Assembly (NCBI GenBank): GCA_965223155.1
Contig: CBDCVR010000015.1
Coordinates: forward strand, 64,001 to 128,000
Length of the DNA: 64,000 nt
From: Candidatus Multivoradales bacterium
Lineage (GTDB): Bacteria; Acidobacteriota; Thermoanaerobaculia; Multivoradales; JAHEKO01
Direction of reading: 5' to 3'
Positions 35,485 to 47,543 of the stretch are shown piece after piece; position 1 is the stretch's first letter, and each line of letters opens with the position of its first letter. Below the pieces are notes generated by a model. The model was not told the DNA's origin and made no database searches. It saw only the letters and a list, made by a program, of their open reading frames with translations. The position numbers and the translations under genes are program-made.

Positions 35485-37032
35485 ATGCTGCAAGCGAAAC
35501 GCGCTCTGATCTCGGTCTTCGCCAAGGACGGCGTGGTGGACTTCGCCAAGGGCCTGCGCCGGTTGGGCATCGAGATCCTGTCCACCGGGGGCACCTACCG
35601 GACCCTCCAGGGCGCCGGTCTCGAGCTCATCCGGGTGGCCGACGTCACCGGATACCCCGAGATCCTGAGCGGCCGGGTCAAGACCCTGCACCCCCAGATC
35701 CACGGCGGCATCCTCGCCGACCGGGAGAAGGCCTCGCACCTGTCCGAGCTGGGCACCCACCGGATCACAGCGATCGATCTCGTGGCCGTGAACCTGTATC
35801 CGTTCCAGGAGGTCGCCGCAGCCCCGGGCTCGCGCTTCGAGGACATCGTCGAGATGATCGACATCGGCGGCCCGGCGATGATCCGCGCCGCCGCCAAGAA
35901 CCATCGCGGCGTCGTGGTGATCGTGGATCCCGCCGACTACGCCCAGGTGCTGGCGGCTCTCGAAGAGGCGGACGGCACGGTGCCGGAGCCGCTACGCCGG
36001 CGACTTGCGCTCAAGGCGTTCCGCCACACGCAGGCTTATGACGCCGCCATCGCGCACTGGCTGGAGAGCATGTCGGCGGAAGGCGGCGACGGTCTGCCCA
36101 GACATCACCTCCTGGACCTGGATCTCGTGACCCGGCTTCGCTACGGCGAGAACCCGCACCAGAACGCGGCCCTTTATCGTACCCAAGGAGACGGCGGGAT
36201 CCTGGGTGGTTTTCACCAGCTTCAGGGCAAGGAGCTTTCCTTCAACAACCTGCTCGACGCCGACTCTGCTCGGCGCATGGCCGGGGCCTTCGGGGATCCG
36301 GTCGCGGTCATCGTCAAGCACAACAATCCCTGCGGCGTGGGTCTCGGCGAGGACGTCGCCAAGGCCTACGAGCGGGCCCTGGCCTGCGACCCGATGTCGG
36401 CTTTCGGCTCGGTGGTGGCGGTCAACCGGACCATCGACCTCGCGCTGGCCGAAGCCCTGGCTCCCCAGTTCGTCGAGGTCGTGGTCGCACCCCAGTTCGA
36501 CGAGGACGCCGTCACCCGGCTGTCGCGCAAGACCGATCTCCGGCTGCTCGCCGCCCCCTTGCGCACCGAGTCCGGCCGCTGGGATCTGCGGCCAATCGAG
36601 GGCGGTTTCCTGGTCCAGGAAGCCGACGCCATCGCCGCCGATGCAGTGGCCTGGAGCTGCCCGACCCGGCGCCAGCCCACCGACGAAGAGCGATCCGCGC
36701 TCGAGTTCGCCTGGACCGTCGTCGGCCACGTGCGTTCCAATGCCATCGTGGTTGCCAACAACCTCCAGACCGTCGGCATCGGCGCCGGCCAGATGAGCCG
36801 GATCGACTCCTGCAAGATCGCCGTCGGCAAGGCCCAGATTCCACTCGCCTCCACGGTGGCGGCGTCGGACGCATTCTTCCCCTTCCGGGACGGCCTGGAC
36901 GTTCTCGCCGAAGCCGGCGTCCGGGCCGTGGTCCAGCCCGGAGGCAGCAAGCGGGACGACGAGGTCGTCGCCGCAGCCGACGAACACGGCATGACGATGC
37001 TCCTGACCGGCCGGAGGCACTTTCGACATTGA
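35485..37032 (+). CDS. purH: Bifunctional AICAR transformylase/IMP cyclohydrolase
   Basis: RALISV, STGGT, GRVKTLHP, IDIGGP, YGENPHQ, ASDAFFPF, RHFRH. Confidence 0.98.
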   Translation: MLQAKRALISVFAKDGVVDFAKGLRRLGIEILSTGGTYRTLQGAGLELIRVADVTGYPEILSGRVKTLHPQIHGGILADREKASHLSELGTHRITAIDLVAVNLYPFQEVAAAPGSRFEDIVEMIDIGGPAMIRAAAKNHRGVVVIVDPADYAQVLAALEEADGTVPEPLRRRLALKAFRHTQAYDAAIAHWLESMSAEGGDGLPRHHLLDLDLVTRLRYGENPHQNAALYRTQGDGGILGGFHQLQGKELSFNNLLDADSARRMAGAFGDPVAVIVKHNNPCGVGLGEDVAKAYERALACDPMSAFGSVVAVNRTIDLALAEALAPQFVEVVVAPQFDEDAVTRLSRKTDLRLLAAPLRTESGRWDLRPIEGGFLVQEADAIAADAVAWSCPTRRQPTDEERSALEFAWTVVGHVRSNAIVVANNLQTVGIGAGQMSRIDSCKIAVGKAQIPLASTVAASDAFFPFRDGLDVLAEAGVRAVVQPGGSKRDDEVVAAADEHGMTMLLTGRRHFRH

Positions 37033-37079
37033 GCCGCCGACGCCGAGATCCCCGATCCGGCACCGTCGAGTGCCCGCAG

Positions 37080-37736
37080 ATGCCTTTCCGAGCCCGCGGC
37101 AAGAGCGCACTCCCGTGGGCCCTGGTGGCCGTCCTCGGACCGCTCGCCGCCCTTGCCGGCGCCGTGTCCGGATCCGACGCCTGGGTTCTCTTGGACGACG
37201 CGCGCACGCGCTTGACCGCATCCGCTCCGTTCGAGGCGGATTTTGTCCAGTACTACGTCCCCAACGGCTTTTCGACCGGGGACTCCGAGACCGGCACGCT
37301 CTATCTAGATATGCCGGGATGTCTGCGTTGGTCGTACGGTGAGCCCTTTCCCAAGGACTTCCTGCTATGCGGTGACTGGGTCTACACCTGGAATCCCGGC
37401 GAGCCCAGCGGACGCCGCTACCGGCTCCAGGGCGGTGAGACCGAGGGGCTCGAGCTCTTGCGCCTGGAGACCGACCGGCTCCGAGCCCGGTACCAGGCCG
37501 ACGCCGAGACGACTGCTGAGGGCAACACTCTCGTCCGGCTCGTGCCCGTGGATGAGGCCGCCGAGTTTCAGGCCGCTTCGTTCGTGCTCGCCCGCGTCGA
37601 CGGCACGATCCTGAGCCTGGAATACGAGGATCGAACCGGCAATCGGACCGCCTTCGAGTTCTCCGAAGCGCACGCACTCGAGGCCGGCGCCGAGCTCTTC
37701 GAAGTGCCCGACGATCTGGAGTGGCTCGAGGACTGA
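37080..37736 (+). CDS. lolA: Outer membrane lipoprotein carrier LolA family (start could be 37029)
   Basis: Signal peptide, ADFVQ, GTLYL..PGCLRWSY..P, GNRTAFEFS, LF..P. Confidence 0.72.
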   Translation: MPFRARGKSALPWALVAVLGPLAALAGAVSGSDAWVLLDDARTRLTASAPFEADFVQYYVPNGFSTGDSETGTLYLDMPGCLRWSYGEPFPKDFLLCGDWVYTWNPGEPSGRRYRLQGGETEGLELLRLETDRLRARYQADAETTAEGNTLVRLVPVDEAAEFQAASFVLARVDGTILSLEYEDRTGNRTAFEFSEAHALEAGAELFEVPDDLEWLED

Positions 37737-37812
37737 CCGCTACCGCCGTCCTCGAGGGCGAACCCGGACCCCGCGCCGTCCAGGCCGCCAGACCGTATAA
37801 TCAAGGCATTCC

Positions 37813-38502
37813 ATGCTGACCGAAGTCGCCAGGGGTGCGCTCGCCCTCGCCGTGCTCGCTGCTTTCGGATGCGGCTCGGCGCCGGCCAAGGCCCCCTGGA
37901 ATCGCGCCCCCCACAAGGAAGGTGAACCCGTCTCGATCACGGGCGTTGTAACCGACACCGGCAGCCGGCCGGTGGAGGGCGTCGAGGTCGTTTTTCGAGC
38001 CAGCCGCGAGAAGTTCGACTACCTCCGGCTGCGCAAGCGTGAGGGCGTCGAACGCGACGCCGCGACCCGAACCTCGGCCGCCGGGGCCTTCGCGATCGAG
38101 TGGCCCTGGGATCCCGGCTTCAACCAGTTCGACTTGTTTCTCGGCGTCACCGTCGGCCGCCCCGGCGGGGAGGAGTTCCATGTCCTGGCGCACGAGGAGC
38201 TGACCGGTCGGATCCGGGCCGGCGGCCCGGTGGTCGTGTCGGTGGAGCTCGAAAACGTGGAGTTCCTGGCCACGTTCCGCGAGTTCCTCGCGTCCTTGGA
38301 GAGCGATGCCCAGCGCGAGATCTACCGCCATGCCGGAAAACCGGATAAGGTCCAGCGCAGAATCTTGCCCGAGCACGTCGAGGTGGATTGGTGGTATTTC
38401 TCGCTCGGCAAGGTCTACCGGTTTCGGGATGGAGCCCTCGATTCGACCGAAGACTTCGAACCCGTGCTCGAGTTCGAGCAGAGCGAGACTCCGGGTAGCT
38501 AG
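37813..38502 (+). CDS. Hypothetical lipoprotein (carboxypeptidase-regulatory-like N-domain, SmpA/BamE-like C-terminal segment)
   Basis: Lipobox AAFGC, ITGVVTD..RPVEGVEV, GKPD...WWY. TATAAT at 37796-37801. Confidence 0.6.
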   Translation: MLTEVARGALALAVLAAFGCGSAPAKAPWNRAPHKEGEPVSITGVVTDTGSRPVEGVEVVFRASREKFDYLRLRKREGVERDAATRTSAAGAFAIEWPWDPGFNQFDLFLGVTVGRPGGEEFHVLAHEELTGRIRAGGPVVVSVELENVEFLATFREFLASLESDAQREIYRHAGKPDKVQRRILPEHVEVDWWYFSLGKVYRFRDGALDSTEDFEPVLEFEQSETPGS

Positions 38503-38523
38503 GTAGCAGCCAGGCATCGAATC

Positions 38524-39579
38524 TTGAGCCACAATCCCTCAGTCGCGCCGTCTCTGGCTTCGCCACCGGCGACCGCCTCCGAGCCCCAAACTCCTGAGGC
38601 GAAGGGAGTTCAGGGCGAGAGATTCCTGGCGCTCGTGGCCGATCGCCTGGCCGCGGTCGAAGACATTCTGCGCGAGCAGCTCGCCTCGGACGTTCCCTTC
38701 ATCGAAGACGCGGCCGGCTACCTCGTCAACGGCGGCGGCAAGCGGGTCCGGCCGGCGCTTCTGCTCTTGGCTTCGCAGATGCTGGAGGCCGAGTCCGACG
38801 AGGATCTGACCTATGCCGCGGTGGTCGAGCTCATCCACACGGCTTCCCTGATCCACGACGACATCATCGACAACGCCGAGCTCCGGCGAGGCCGGACGGC
38901 CGCCCATCGGGTCTGGGATACCAGCCGGACCGTGCTTCTGGGCGACTGGCTCTACACCACCTCGATGCGGACGGCCCTGAGCCACGACCGGCTGGAGATC
39001 GTGCGCCGCCTCTGCGACGCCGTTCTGCGCATGACCGAGGGCGAGCTTCTCGTCCTCGAGCGGCTGGGCGCCGCCGACGTCACCGTGGACGAGTACTTCG
39101 ACGTCATCGAGCGCAAGACCGCCCATCTCTTTGCTGCGGCCTGTTCGATTCCGGCCTTGAAGCTCGACGGCGGTGGCGCGGCAACGGCTCTGGGCGAATA
39201 CGGCCGCTCCCTCGGCCTCTGCTTTCAGTTGGTCGACGATCTGCTCGACTTCACCTCGGACCAGGAGACCCTGGGCAAGCCGGTCCTTTCCGATCTGACC
39301 GGAGGCAAGCTAACGCTGCCGCTGGTTCTGCTCCTGCCGCGGCTGGACAGCGGCCGGCGCCGCTGGATCGAGTGGATCCTCGAGGACCGGGAGTTCCGGC
39401 GCGTCGATACCAGCCAGATTCTGGAGCTGGTCCAGGCCCACGGGACCCTGGACGAGGTGCGGGAGATGGCCGCCTCGTACGCCTCAGCCGCCCAGGCGGC
39501 TCTCGAAGGCTTCCCGGCCTCGGACGCCCGTGATGCGCTCGAGTTCGCTCCAGAATTCATCCTCGACCGACGGGCTTGA
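38524..39579 (+). CDS. Polyprenyl diphosphate synthase (IspB/HepT-like)
   Basis: GGKRVRP, ELIHTASLIHDDIID..LRRG, KTA, FQLVDDLLD, GKLTLP. Confidence 0.93.
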   Translation: MSHNPSVAPSLASPPATASEPQTPEAKGVQGERFLALVADRLAAVEDILREQLASDVPFIEDAAGYLVNGGGKRVRPALLLLASQMLEAESDEDLTYAAVVELIHTASLIHDDIIDNAELRRGRTAAHRVWDTSRTVLLGDWLYTTSMRTALSHDRLEIVRRLCDAVLRMTEGELLVLERLGAADVTVDEYFDVIERKTAHLFAAACSIPALKLDGGGAATALGEYGRSLGLCFQLVDDLLDFTSDQETLGKPVLSDLTGGKLTLPLVLLLPRLDSGRRRWIEWILEDREFRRVDTSQILELVQAHGTLDEVREMAASYASAAQAALEGFPASDARDALEFAPEFILDRRA

Positions 39580-40719
39580 CGGCGGCTCGATGCCGAAGGC
39601 GGTGGACTCAATCGCCACGTCGTCGCGCAAGCTAGCGACCCAAGTCGGATCCACTTCGTAAGCGCGGACGCCCGAGACCTCGGCGGTCGCCAGCACCGTA
39701 ACGAATCGAAACGAGCGCGGCGACACGTCGGTCCAGGAGCCCCGGCCCACGGGCACCGCCCCGAAGGCCGCGGGTTCGGCGGTACCGGGCTCATAGGTCC
39801 GGTCCAGTCCCGGATAGATCAAGAGGCGCGCTCCGGCCCTCTCGGCCAGAACCACGTTGAGATAGCCGTGGACCGTACGGCCGAAATCGAAGAACACCCA
39901 GCGGCCGAGCGGAACCCGGTGTTCGGGAGGCGAGAAGGCTCGGGTCCACTTGTCTTGATCCAAGGGCCGCAGGCGGTCGACGACCGCCGCCGTTCCCGAC
40001 CCAGCCCCGGCGGCCAGCTGCTCATCGAGGCCCGAAACCCGGACCAGCTCTCGCGGCAGCCCCCAACGGCCGACAGGGGGCAGGCCCCAGACCCGTACCG
40101 GCAACGCTTCCTCCGGTTCGACGCCGGGCTCCAAGAGCCCCGGGACGTACCGATCGGTGGCCCTCCAGGTGCCGTCGCTCACAATCTCGGTGAAGCCGCT
40201 CTCGCCCTCGCGGCCGAGTTGCAACTGGACCAGCGCGCCACCCACGCCCCGGCGGCTCCGGACCTCGAGGGCGAGGCGGTTCGGACCGGGGCGAACGAGC
40301 TCGGCCAGCCGTCCGGTCAGGTCGTAGAGATCCACCGGGCTACCCTCGCGGTAGACGCCCGAGCCGATTGGCCGGCCGTTGAGATACGCCCAATAGGCTT
40401 CGTCGGCCTTGACGCGCAGTGACGCCAAGATGCTCGGATCGGCGGGATTCGAGAGCAGGGCGGCGACCGGAGCCGCGCCAGCACCGCCCGGGGGCGTGAC
40501 CTCGAAGTCCCGGTATAGGAAGACGTTGCGCCATTTCGAGGTCGTCAGCCCGACACCGGGGTCCTCGGCCGACCAGATCCAGCGCGCTTCCCCCGTGGGC
40601 AGGGTGGCAGCGGTGCGTGCCGGGCGCCACCAGACTTCCCAAGCGACCAAGACCGCGAGGCAAGCGACGATCGCGAGCCGCGTTCGCGGCCGGCGGGTCC
40701 TGGCGGAAAAGGGGGGCAC
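39484..40719 (-). CDS. Exported protein with alpha-L-rhamnosidase N-terminal beta-sandwich domains only
   Basis: ARWIW, YLNGRPIG, PGPNRLALEV, SDGTWRA, FDFGR..GY, FRFV. No catalytic barrel. Confidence 0.6.
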   Translation of the reverse strand: MPPFSARTRRPRTRLAIVACLAVLVAWEVWWRPARTAATLPTGEARWIWSAEDPGVGLTTSKWRNVFLYRDFEVTPPGGAGAAPVAALLSNPADPSILASLRVKADEAYWAYLNGRPIGSGVYREGSPVDLYDLTGRLAELVRPGPNRLALEVRSRRGVGGALVQLQLGREGESGFTEIVSDGTWRATDRYVPGLLEPGVEPEEALPVRVWGLPPVGRWGLPRELVRVSGLDEQLAAGAGSGTAAVVDRLRPLDQDKWTRAFSPPEHRVPLGRWVFFDFGRTVHGYLNVVLAERAGARLLIYPGLDRTYEPGTAEPAAFGAVPVGRGSWTDVSPRSFRFVTVLATAEVSGVRAYEVDPTWVASLRDDVAIESTAFGIEPPSSPSVEDEFWSELERITGVRGREAFESRLGG

Positions 40720-40846
40720 AAGGGAATCCTCGACGGACCGGACGCGCCGGCCGCCTCCGGAATCTAGCCCGGATGGCCCTCGTTACCAAGGGGCTCCGTC
40801 CCGGGGCCCGCAAAGGCCCCCGGACAGCGGGGCGGACGGGCTCGCG

Positions 40847-40875
40847 TTGACTCTCTCCGGAGGCGCGAGTAGATT
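40847..40875 (+). promoter_or_regulatory. Sigma70 promoter of the kdsB-pyrG-kdsA operon
   Basis: TTGACT-N17-TAGATT. Confidence 0.6.
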
Positions 40876-40935
40876 AGGCCGTGCCCCCTACCGAACCGAT
40901 TCGATTCGTAGCGACCCCTTCCAGCCGGGGCCCGC

Positions 40936-41712
40936 ATGACTAGGTCCGCCGTGGCCGCCATCCCGGCTCGCTACGCCTCCACGCGGCTGCCCGGCAAGCC
41001 CCTGATCCAGATCGGCGGCATGGTCCTGATCGAACGGGTTTTCCGGCAGGTAGCGCGGGCGCGGAGCATCCGCGAAACCATCGTCCTGACCGACGACGAC
41101 CGGATCGCCGAGACAGTGCGCGCTTTCGGCGGCCGTTGCGAGATGACCCCCACGGATCTACCTAGCGGCACCGACCGCATCGCGTACGCCGCCGGAGCCT
41201 GGAACGACCAAGTCGTCTTGAACGTCCAGGGGGACGAGCCCCTGATCGAGCCCGCGGCCCTCGACCGCTTGGCGGAGCACCTCCTGGAGCATCCCGAAGA
41301 GCCGGTGGCCACCCTGGCGGCACCGGCCGGCCCGGAAGACGCCGGCGATCCCAACGTGGTCAAGGTGGTCGCCGATTCGGCCGGGCGGGCGCTCTATTTC
41401 AGTCGAGCGCCGATTCCCTTTCCGCGGCACGCGGAGCACGCGACGTTTCACCGCCACATCGGCGTCTACGGGTACCAGAAAGAGGCATTGCTGGCGGCGG
41501 CCCGCCTGCCGCGGTCGCCACTCGAGCGGGCCGAATCGCTGGAGCAGCTGCGCCTCCTGGAGTCGGGCGTTCCGATCACGGTACTCCCGGTCCCGAACGC
41601 GTGGCCGGGAGTCGATACAATCCATGATGTCGGCAAGGTCGAGCGCCTGCTGGCGGAACGGGGCGATCCGCTGGCGCCGAGCGCCGCCGGCGCCGATGAG
41701 GGAGCTTCCTAG
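40936..41712 (+). CDS. kdsB: CMP-Kdo synthetase
   Basis: IPARYASTRLPGKPL, SGTDR, NVQGDEP, ALYFSRAPIP, ESLEQLR. Confidence 0.97.
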   Translation: MTRSAVAAIPARYASTRLPGKPLIQIGGMVLIERVFRQVARARSIRETIVLTDDDRIAETVRAFGGRCEMTPTDLPSGTDRIAYAAGAWNDQVVLNVQGDEPLIEPAALDRLAEHLLEHPEEPVATLAAPAGPEDAGDPNVVKVVADSAGRALYFSRAPIPFPRHAEHATFHRHIGVYGYQKEALLAAARLPRSPLERAESLEQLRLLESGVPITVLPVPNAWPGVDTIHDVGKVERLLAERGDPLAPSAAGADEGAS

Positions 41713-43380
<1,668 letters not shown>

Positions 43381-43403
43381 CCGGCCGTCATGGAATCTTC
43401 GCC

Positions 43404-44222
43404 ATGGGGTCTTCGATAGAGCTCGCGCCCGGCGTATCCCTCGGGGGCGAGACGCTGGCGCTGGTCGCCGGCCCGTGCGTCATCGAAGGCGAGGACGAGC
43501 TCTTCCAGGCCGCCGACGCGGTCGCCGCCATTGCCCGGAATCTCGGAACCACGATCGTTTTCAAGGCCTCCTACGACAAGGCCAATCGCAGCTCGGCTCG
43601 GAGCTTCCGCGGTCCCGGACTCGAGGCCGGACTCGCGCTCCTGGCCCGCGTCAAGGAGCGCACCGGAATGGCCCTCCTGACCGACGTCCACGAGCCGGCC
43701 CAGTGCGCGCCGGCCGCTGAGGTGTGTGAGGTCCTCCAGATCCCTGCGTTCTTGTGCCGGCAGACCGACCTTCTGACCGCGGCCGGCGCGACCGGCCGCG
43801 CCATCAACATCAAGAAGGGCCAGTTCATGGCGCCTGACGACATGCGGCTGGCGGTCGACAAGGTTCGCGGAGCCGGCGGCGAGCGGGTCTCGGTGACCGA
43901 GCGTGGCAGCACGTTCGGCTACAACAATCTCGTGGTCGACATGCGGTCCTTTGCCATGCTCCACAAGCACGGCGTCCCGGTCTTCTTCGACGCCACCCAT
44001 TCGCTTCAGCTTCCGGGCGCCGCCGGCGACGAGACCGGCGGACTGCGCGAGTTCGCCGAGCCGCTGGCGCGCGCGGCGGTTGCCGCGGGCGCGGACGGCG
44101 TCTACATGGAGGTTCATCCCGATCCGGACCGCGCCCGTTCCGACAAAGCCACGCAGTTGCCGCCCGAGCGCGCCGAAAGGCTGTTGGCGACGCTTCTCCA
44201 GCTCAAGGAGAGCCTGGAATGA
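43404..44222 (+). CDS. kdsA: KDO 8-phosphate synthase (metal-dependent type, AGPC)
   Basis: AGPCVIE, DKANRSS, QIPAFLCRQT, KKGQF, DATHS. Confidence 0.97.
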   Translation: MGSSIELAPGVSLGGETLALVAGPCVIEGEDELFQAADAVAAIARNLGTTIVFKASYDKANRSSARSFRGPGLEAGLALLARVKERTGMALLTDVHEPAQCAPAAEVCEVLQIPAFLCRQTDLLTAAGATGRAINIKKGQFMAPDDMRLAVDKVRGAGGERVSVTERGSTFGYNNLVVDMRSFAMLHKHGVPVFFDATHSLQLPGAAGDETGGLREFAEPLARAAVAAGADGVYMEVHPDPDRARSDKATQLPPERAERLLATLLQLKESLE

Positions 44223-45232
44223 GCGATCGCGACCCCAGCCGTCCGCAAGCGAACGATCCGGCCGCGAACCCCGGTCGCACGCCGCGCGAGGTAGCCCAGG
44301 AAGTGCTCGAGATCGAAGCCGCCGCCGTAGGCGCCCTGACCAACCGGCTGGACGAGAGCTTCGATCGCGCCGTGGCGGTCCTCGCCTCCTGCCAGGGACG
44401 GGTCGTCTGCACCGGCATGGGCAAGAGCGGGCTCATCATGAAGAAGGTCGCGGCCACCTTGTCCTCGACCGGAACGCCGGCTCTCTTCCTGCATCCTGCC
44501 GAGGCCATCCACGGCGACCTGGGCATGATCGCCGCCGGTGACGTCGTCGTCGCCGCTTCGTTCTCGGGAGCCACCCAGGAGCTCCTACGTTTAGCCGAGC
44601 TCCTGCGCCGGTTGGATGTGCCTCTGGTGGTCCTGACCGGCAACCGGTCGAGTCCGCTTGCCGGCGCCGCCGACCTTCACCTGCCGGTCGAGATCGACCA
44701 GGAGGCGTGCCCTCTCAACCTGGCGCCCACCGCCTCGACGACGGCCACGCTAGCGATGGGCGACGCGCTGGCGATGGCGCTTCTCGAGGCGCGAGGCTTT
44801 ACCCAGGAGGACTTTGCGCGTCTCCATCCAGGCGGCAACCTGGGGCGCCAGCTCCTGACCGTGGACGAGCTCATGCACTCGGGCGCTGATCTCCCAAGCG
44901 TACGAGACGATGCCCCGATGCGGTCGGTAGTGCGCGAGATCTCGGCCAAGGGCTTCGGCATCACCGCCGTGACCGACGAGGAGGGCAACCTGCTGGGCTG
45001 TGTCACCGACGGCGATCTGCGCCGGGCTCTCGAAACCGGAGGCGAGATTCTGCCGTTGACCGCCCGGGACTGCATGACGGGCGAGCCCAGGACCATTCAG
45101 CGCGGCGAGCTGGCTTCGGCCGCTCTTCACGAGATGGAAGACAAGCGCATCACGGCGCTCTTCGTCTGCCGGGAGCGTTCCCTCGAAGGGCTCATCCACC
45201 TTCACGACCTCTGGCGCCTCGAACTCTTCTAG
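44219..45232 (+). CDS. kdsD: Arabinose 5-phosphate isomerase (KpsF/GutQ family)
   Basis: GMGKSG, HPAEAIHGDLG, EACPLNLAPT, HPGG, CBS pair. Confidence 0.95.
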   Translation: MSDRDPSRPQANDPAANPGRTPREVAQEVLEIEAAAVGALTNRLDESFDRAVAVLASCQGRVVCTGMGKSGLIMKKVAATLSSTGTPALFLHPAEAIHGDLGMIAAGDVVVAASFSGATQELLRLAELLRRLDVPLVVLTGNRSSPLAGAADLHLPVEIDQEACPLNLAPTASTTATLAMGDALAMALLEARGFTQEDFARLHPGGNLGRQLLTVDELMHSGADLPSVRDDAPMRSVVREISAKGFGITAVTDEEGNLLGCVTDGDLRRALETGGEILPLTARDCMTGEPRTIQRGELASAALHEMEDKRITALFVCRERSLEGLIHLHDLWRLELF

Positions 45233-45240
45233 GTCCGAGC

Positions 45241-45789
45241 ATGAGCGGACTGACCCAGGAAGACTTTGCGCGGCGGGCGAGAGAGATTCGCTGGCTGCTG
45301 CTCGACTGCGACGGCGTCCTGACCGACGGCGGCATCTACTACGACCGACGCGGCCACGGCCTCTTGCGCTTCAACGTCCAGGACGGGCTCGGCGTTCGGC
45401 TCGCGCAACGCTCGGGCCTGCGCTGCGCCATCCTGTCCGGCCGGGCCTCGAGGGCGCTCGCGCTCCGCGCCAAGGAGCTCGACATCGAAGAACTCATCAT
45501 GGGCTCGAAGGACAAGGCCACCGACTTCGATCGCTTCCTCGAGCGGGTCGGCGCCGAGCCCCGCCAGGTGGCCTGCGCCGGCGACGATCTCGGTGACCTG
45601 CGTATCCTGGGCCGGTGCGGCCTCTCGTTCGCTCCGGTCAATGCCGCGGCCCAAGTCCGGGCGGTGGCGCATCGCGTGCTGAGCCGTCCCGGCGGGCGCG
45701 GCGCGGTTCGAGAGCTGGTGGAAGCCTTGCTCGAGGCGCGGGGTGAATGGCCGGAGATTCTCTCGAGCTTTTCTCTCGAAGCTCCGTGA
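45241..45789 (+). CDS. kdsC: KDO 8-phosphate phosphatase
   Basis: DCDGVLTDG, GDDLGD, GGRGAVRE. Confidence 0.93.
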   Translation: MSGLTQEDFARRAREIRWLLLDCDGVLTDGGIYYDRRGHGLLRFNVQDGLGVRLAQRSGLRCAILSGRASRALALRAKELDIEELIMGSKDKATDFDRFLERVGAEPRQVACAGDDLGDLRILGRCGLSFAPVNAAAQVRAVAHRVLSRPGGRGAVRELVEALLEARGEWPEILSSFSLEAP

Positions 45790-46697
45790 GCAGGCAGCGG
45801 CGCAAGCCGACGCCGCGACGGCGCTTCCGGTCGGCGATCCTGCGTGTTGTGTTCTTGGGCTTCAAGCCCTACTGCGGCGCGCGCACCTGGAGCTCGGTCC
45901 AGGCAACCGGTCGCAGGCTGGGTACCCTGGCCTGGAAACTGAGCGGCCGGGACCGGCGTCGAGCGCTCGCCCACCTCGAGATCGCCTTCCCAGAGCAATC
46001 CGACGTCGAACGGCTGAGTCTGGCTCGTGCCTCGGCGCGAGCTCTCGGCATGAACGCCACTGAGATTCTGCATCTCGTGGCTCGCGGCGTCGAAGAAGCC
46101 CGGCGGCACCTGAGCGTCGTGGGCTGGGAGCACGTGGAGGCGGCTCTGTCGGCCTCGGGCAGCGTCATGATCACCACCGCGCATTGCGGCAACTGGGAGC
46201 TCTTGGGACCCGCTTTCCGACTCCACGACCAGCTCCTCCACGCTCTGGTCCGAGGCCAGCAGGAGAACTGGATGGCCGAGGCGGTCAGCGACTACCGGCG
46301 TCGGCTGGGCACGGTGGCGATCGCCCGCGGCGAGGCGGGATCGGCTGCCCGTTTGCTCGGTGTACGGCGTTCCGGGGGTGCGCTGGCGGTCCTGGTGGAC
46401 CAGGACATCCGGGCCGACAGCGTCTTCGTGCCCTTCTTTGGGCGGCCGGCCCACACTCCCGTGGGCCCAGCCGAGATGGCCCTGCGCTGGGACCTCCCGG
46501 TGGTGCCGGCCTTTGCCGCGCGCCTGCCCGACGGCAGCCACACGCTGACCTTCCATCGGCCGCTCGAAGAGCGCGCTGACGCCGAGGCCCTTACGGCCGC
46601 CGTGACCCACGCCATCGAGGCTCAGATCCGGCGTCATCCCGAGCAATGGGTGTGGGCTCACCGGCGCTGGCGGCGCCGGCCTCAGAGCAACGACTAG
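45786..46697 (+). CDS. Lipid A biosynthesis acyltransferase (LpxL/HtrB family)
   Basis: AHCGNWE, DQD, VPFFG, PEQWVWAHRRW. GTG overlaps the kdsC stop. Confidence 0.88.
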   Translation: MSRQRRKPTPRRRFRSAILRVVFLGFKPYCGARTWSSVQATGRRLGTLAWKLSGRDRRRALAHLEIAFPEQSDVERLSLARASARALGMNATEILHLVARGVEEARRHLSVVGWEHVEAALSASGSVMITTAHCGNWELLGPAFRLHDQLLHALVRGQQENWMAEAVSDYRRRLGTVAIARGEAGSAARLLGVRRSGGALAVLVDQDIRADSVFVPFFGRPAHTPVGPAEMALRWDLPVVPAFAARLPDGSHTLTFHRPLEERADAEALTAAVTHAIEAQIRRHPEQWVWAHRRWRRRPQSND

Positions 46698-46733
46698 CCG
46701 CGTCTTCCGAGGCGCTTGCCACCGCGTGCCGTC

Positions 46734-47543
46734 TTAGGACTTGGCGGCGCCGCGCGCCCGTGCCGAGATCGCCGCGGCGGCGACACCCAGAAGATAGAGG
46801 AAGATCGCGGGTATCGCGAAGATACATAGATTGACCACGTCCGGGGTCGGCGTCACCAAAGCCGCAGCTACGAAGATGAGCAGAACCGCCCAGCGGAAGT
46901 TGCGCATCAGAAAGGCCGGGGTTACGACCCCGATCTGGGCCAGGAAGAAGATCACGATCGGCAGCTCGAACATGAGGCCGAGCCCCAGCACCACCACCAT
47001 GAGAAAGCGAAAGTAGCGATCGACCGTGATGACGGGCTCGAACGCCGATCCCATCTGGACGAGGAACTCCACCGCGAACGGAAACGCCACGTAGTACGCA
47101 AAGGCACCACCGGCGACGAAAAACGCCGTCCCGAAGAAGATGAAGGGAAAGGCATACAGCCGCTCGCGACGGTAGAGACCGGGCGCCACGAACCGCCACA
47201 ACTGGTAGAGCACGACCGGGCTGGCCACGAACAGGGCGACGAGCGCGGCGACCTTGACGTAGAGAATGAACGGATCGGTGACCCCCAGAAAGGCCAGCTT
47301 CTTGTCGGGCACCACCTCATACACCGGCCGAGCCAGAAAGCCGGCGATCTCCTCGACGAAGACCCAGCACCCCAGGAACGCCACGAAAACCGCAAGCAAC
47401 GAACGCACGATCCTGCGGCGCAGCTCGTTGAGATGCTCGATCAGGGTCATCTTCTCGAGCGGCTCGCCCGCGCCACCGGCGGCGTCCTCCCGTCCACCCG
47501 ACGGCAGGCTGCTCGGCCGCTCGGCCGAGAGCGGCTCGCTCAT
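46734..47543 (-). CDS. tatC: Twin-arginine translocase TatC
   Basis: HLNELRRR, QLWRFVAPGL..RE, FELP, TPTPD. Confidence 0.97.
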   Translation of the reverse strand: MSEPLSAERPSSLPSGGREDAAGGAGEPLEKMTLIEHLNELRRRIVRSLLAVFVAFLGCWVFVEEIAGFLARPVYEVVPDKKLAFLGVTDPFILYVKVAALVALFVASPVVLYQLWRFVAPGLYRRERLYAFPFIFFGTAFFVAGGAFAYYVAFPFAVEFLVQMGSAFEPVITVDRYFRFLMVVVLGLGLMFELPIVIFFLAQIGVVTPAFLMRNFRWAVLLIFVAAALVTPTPDVVNLCIFAIPAIFLYLLGVAAAAISARARGAAKS

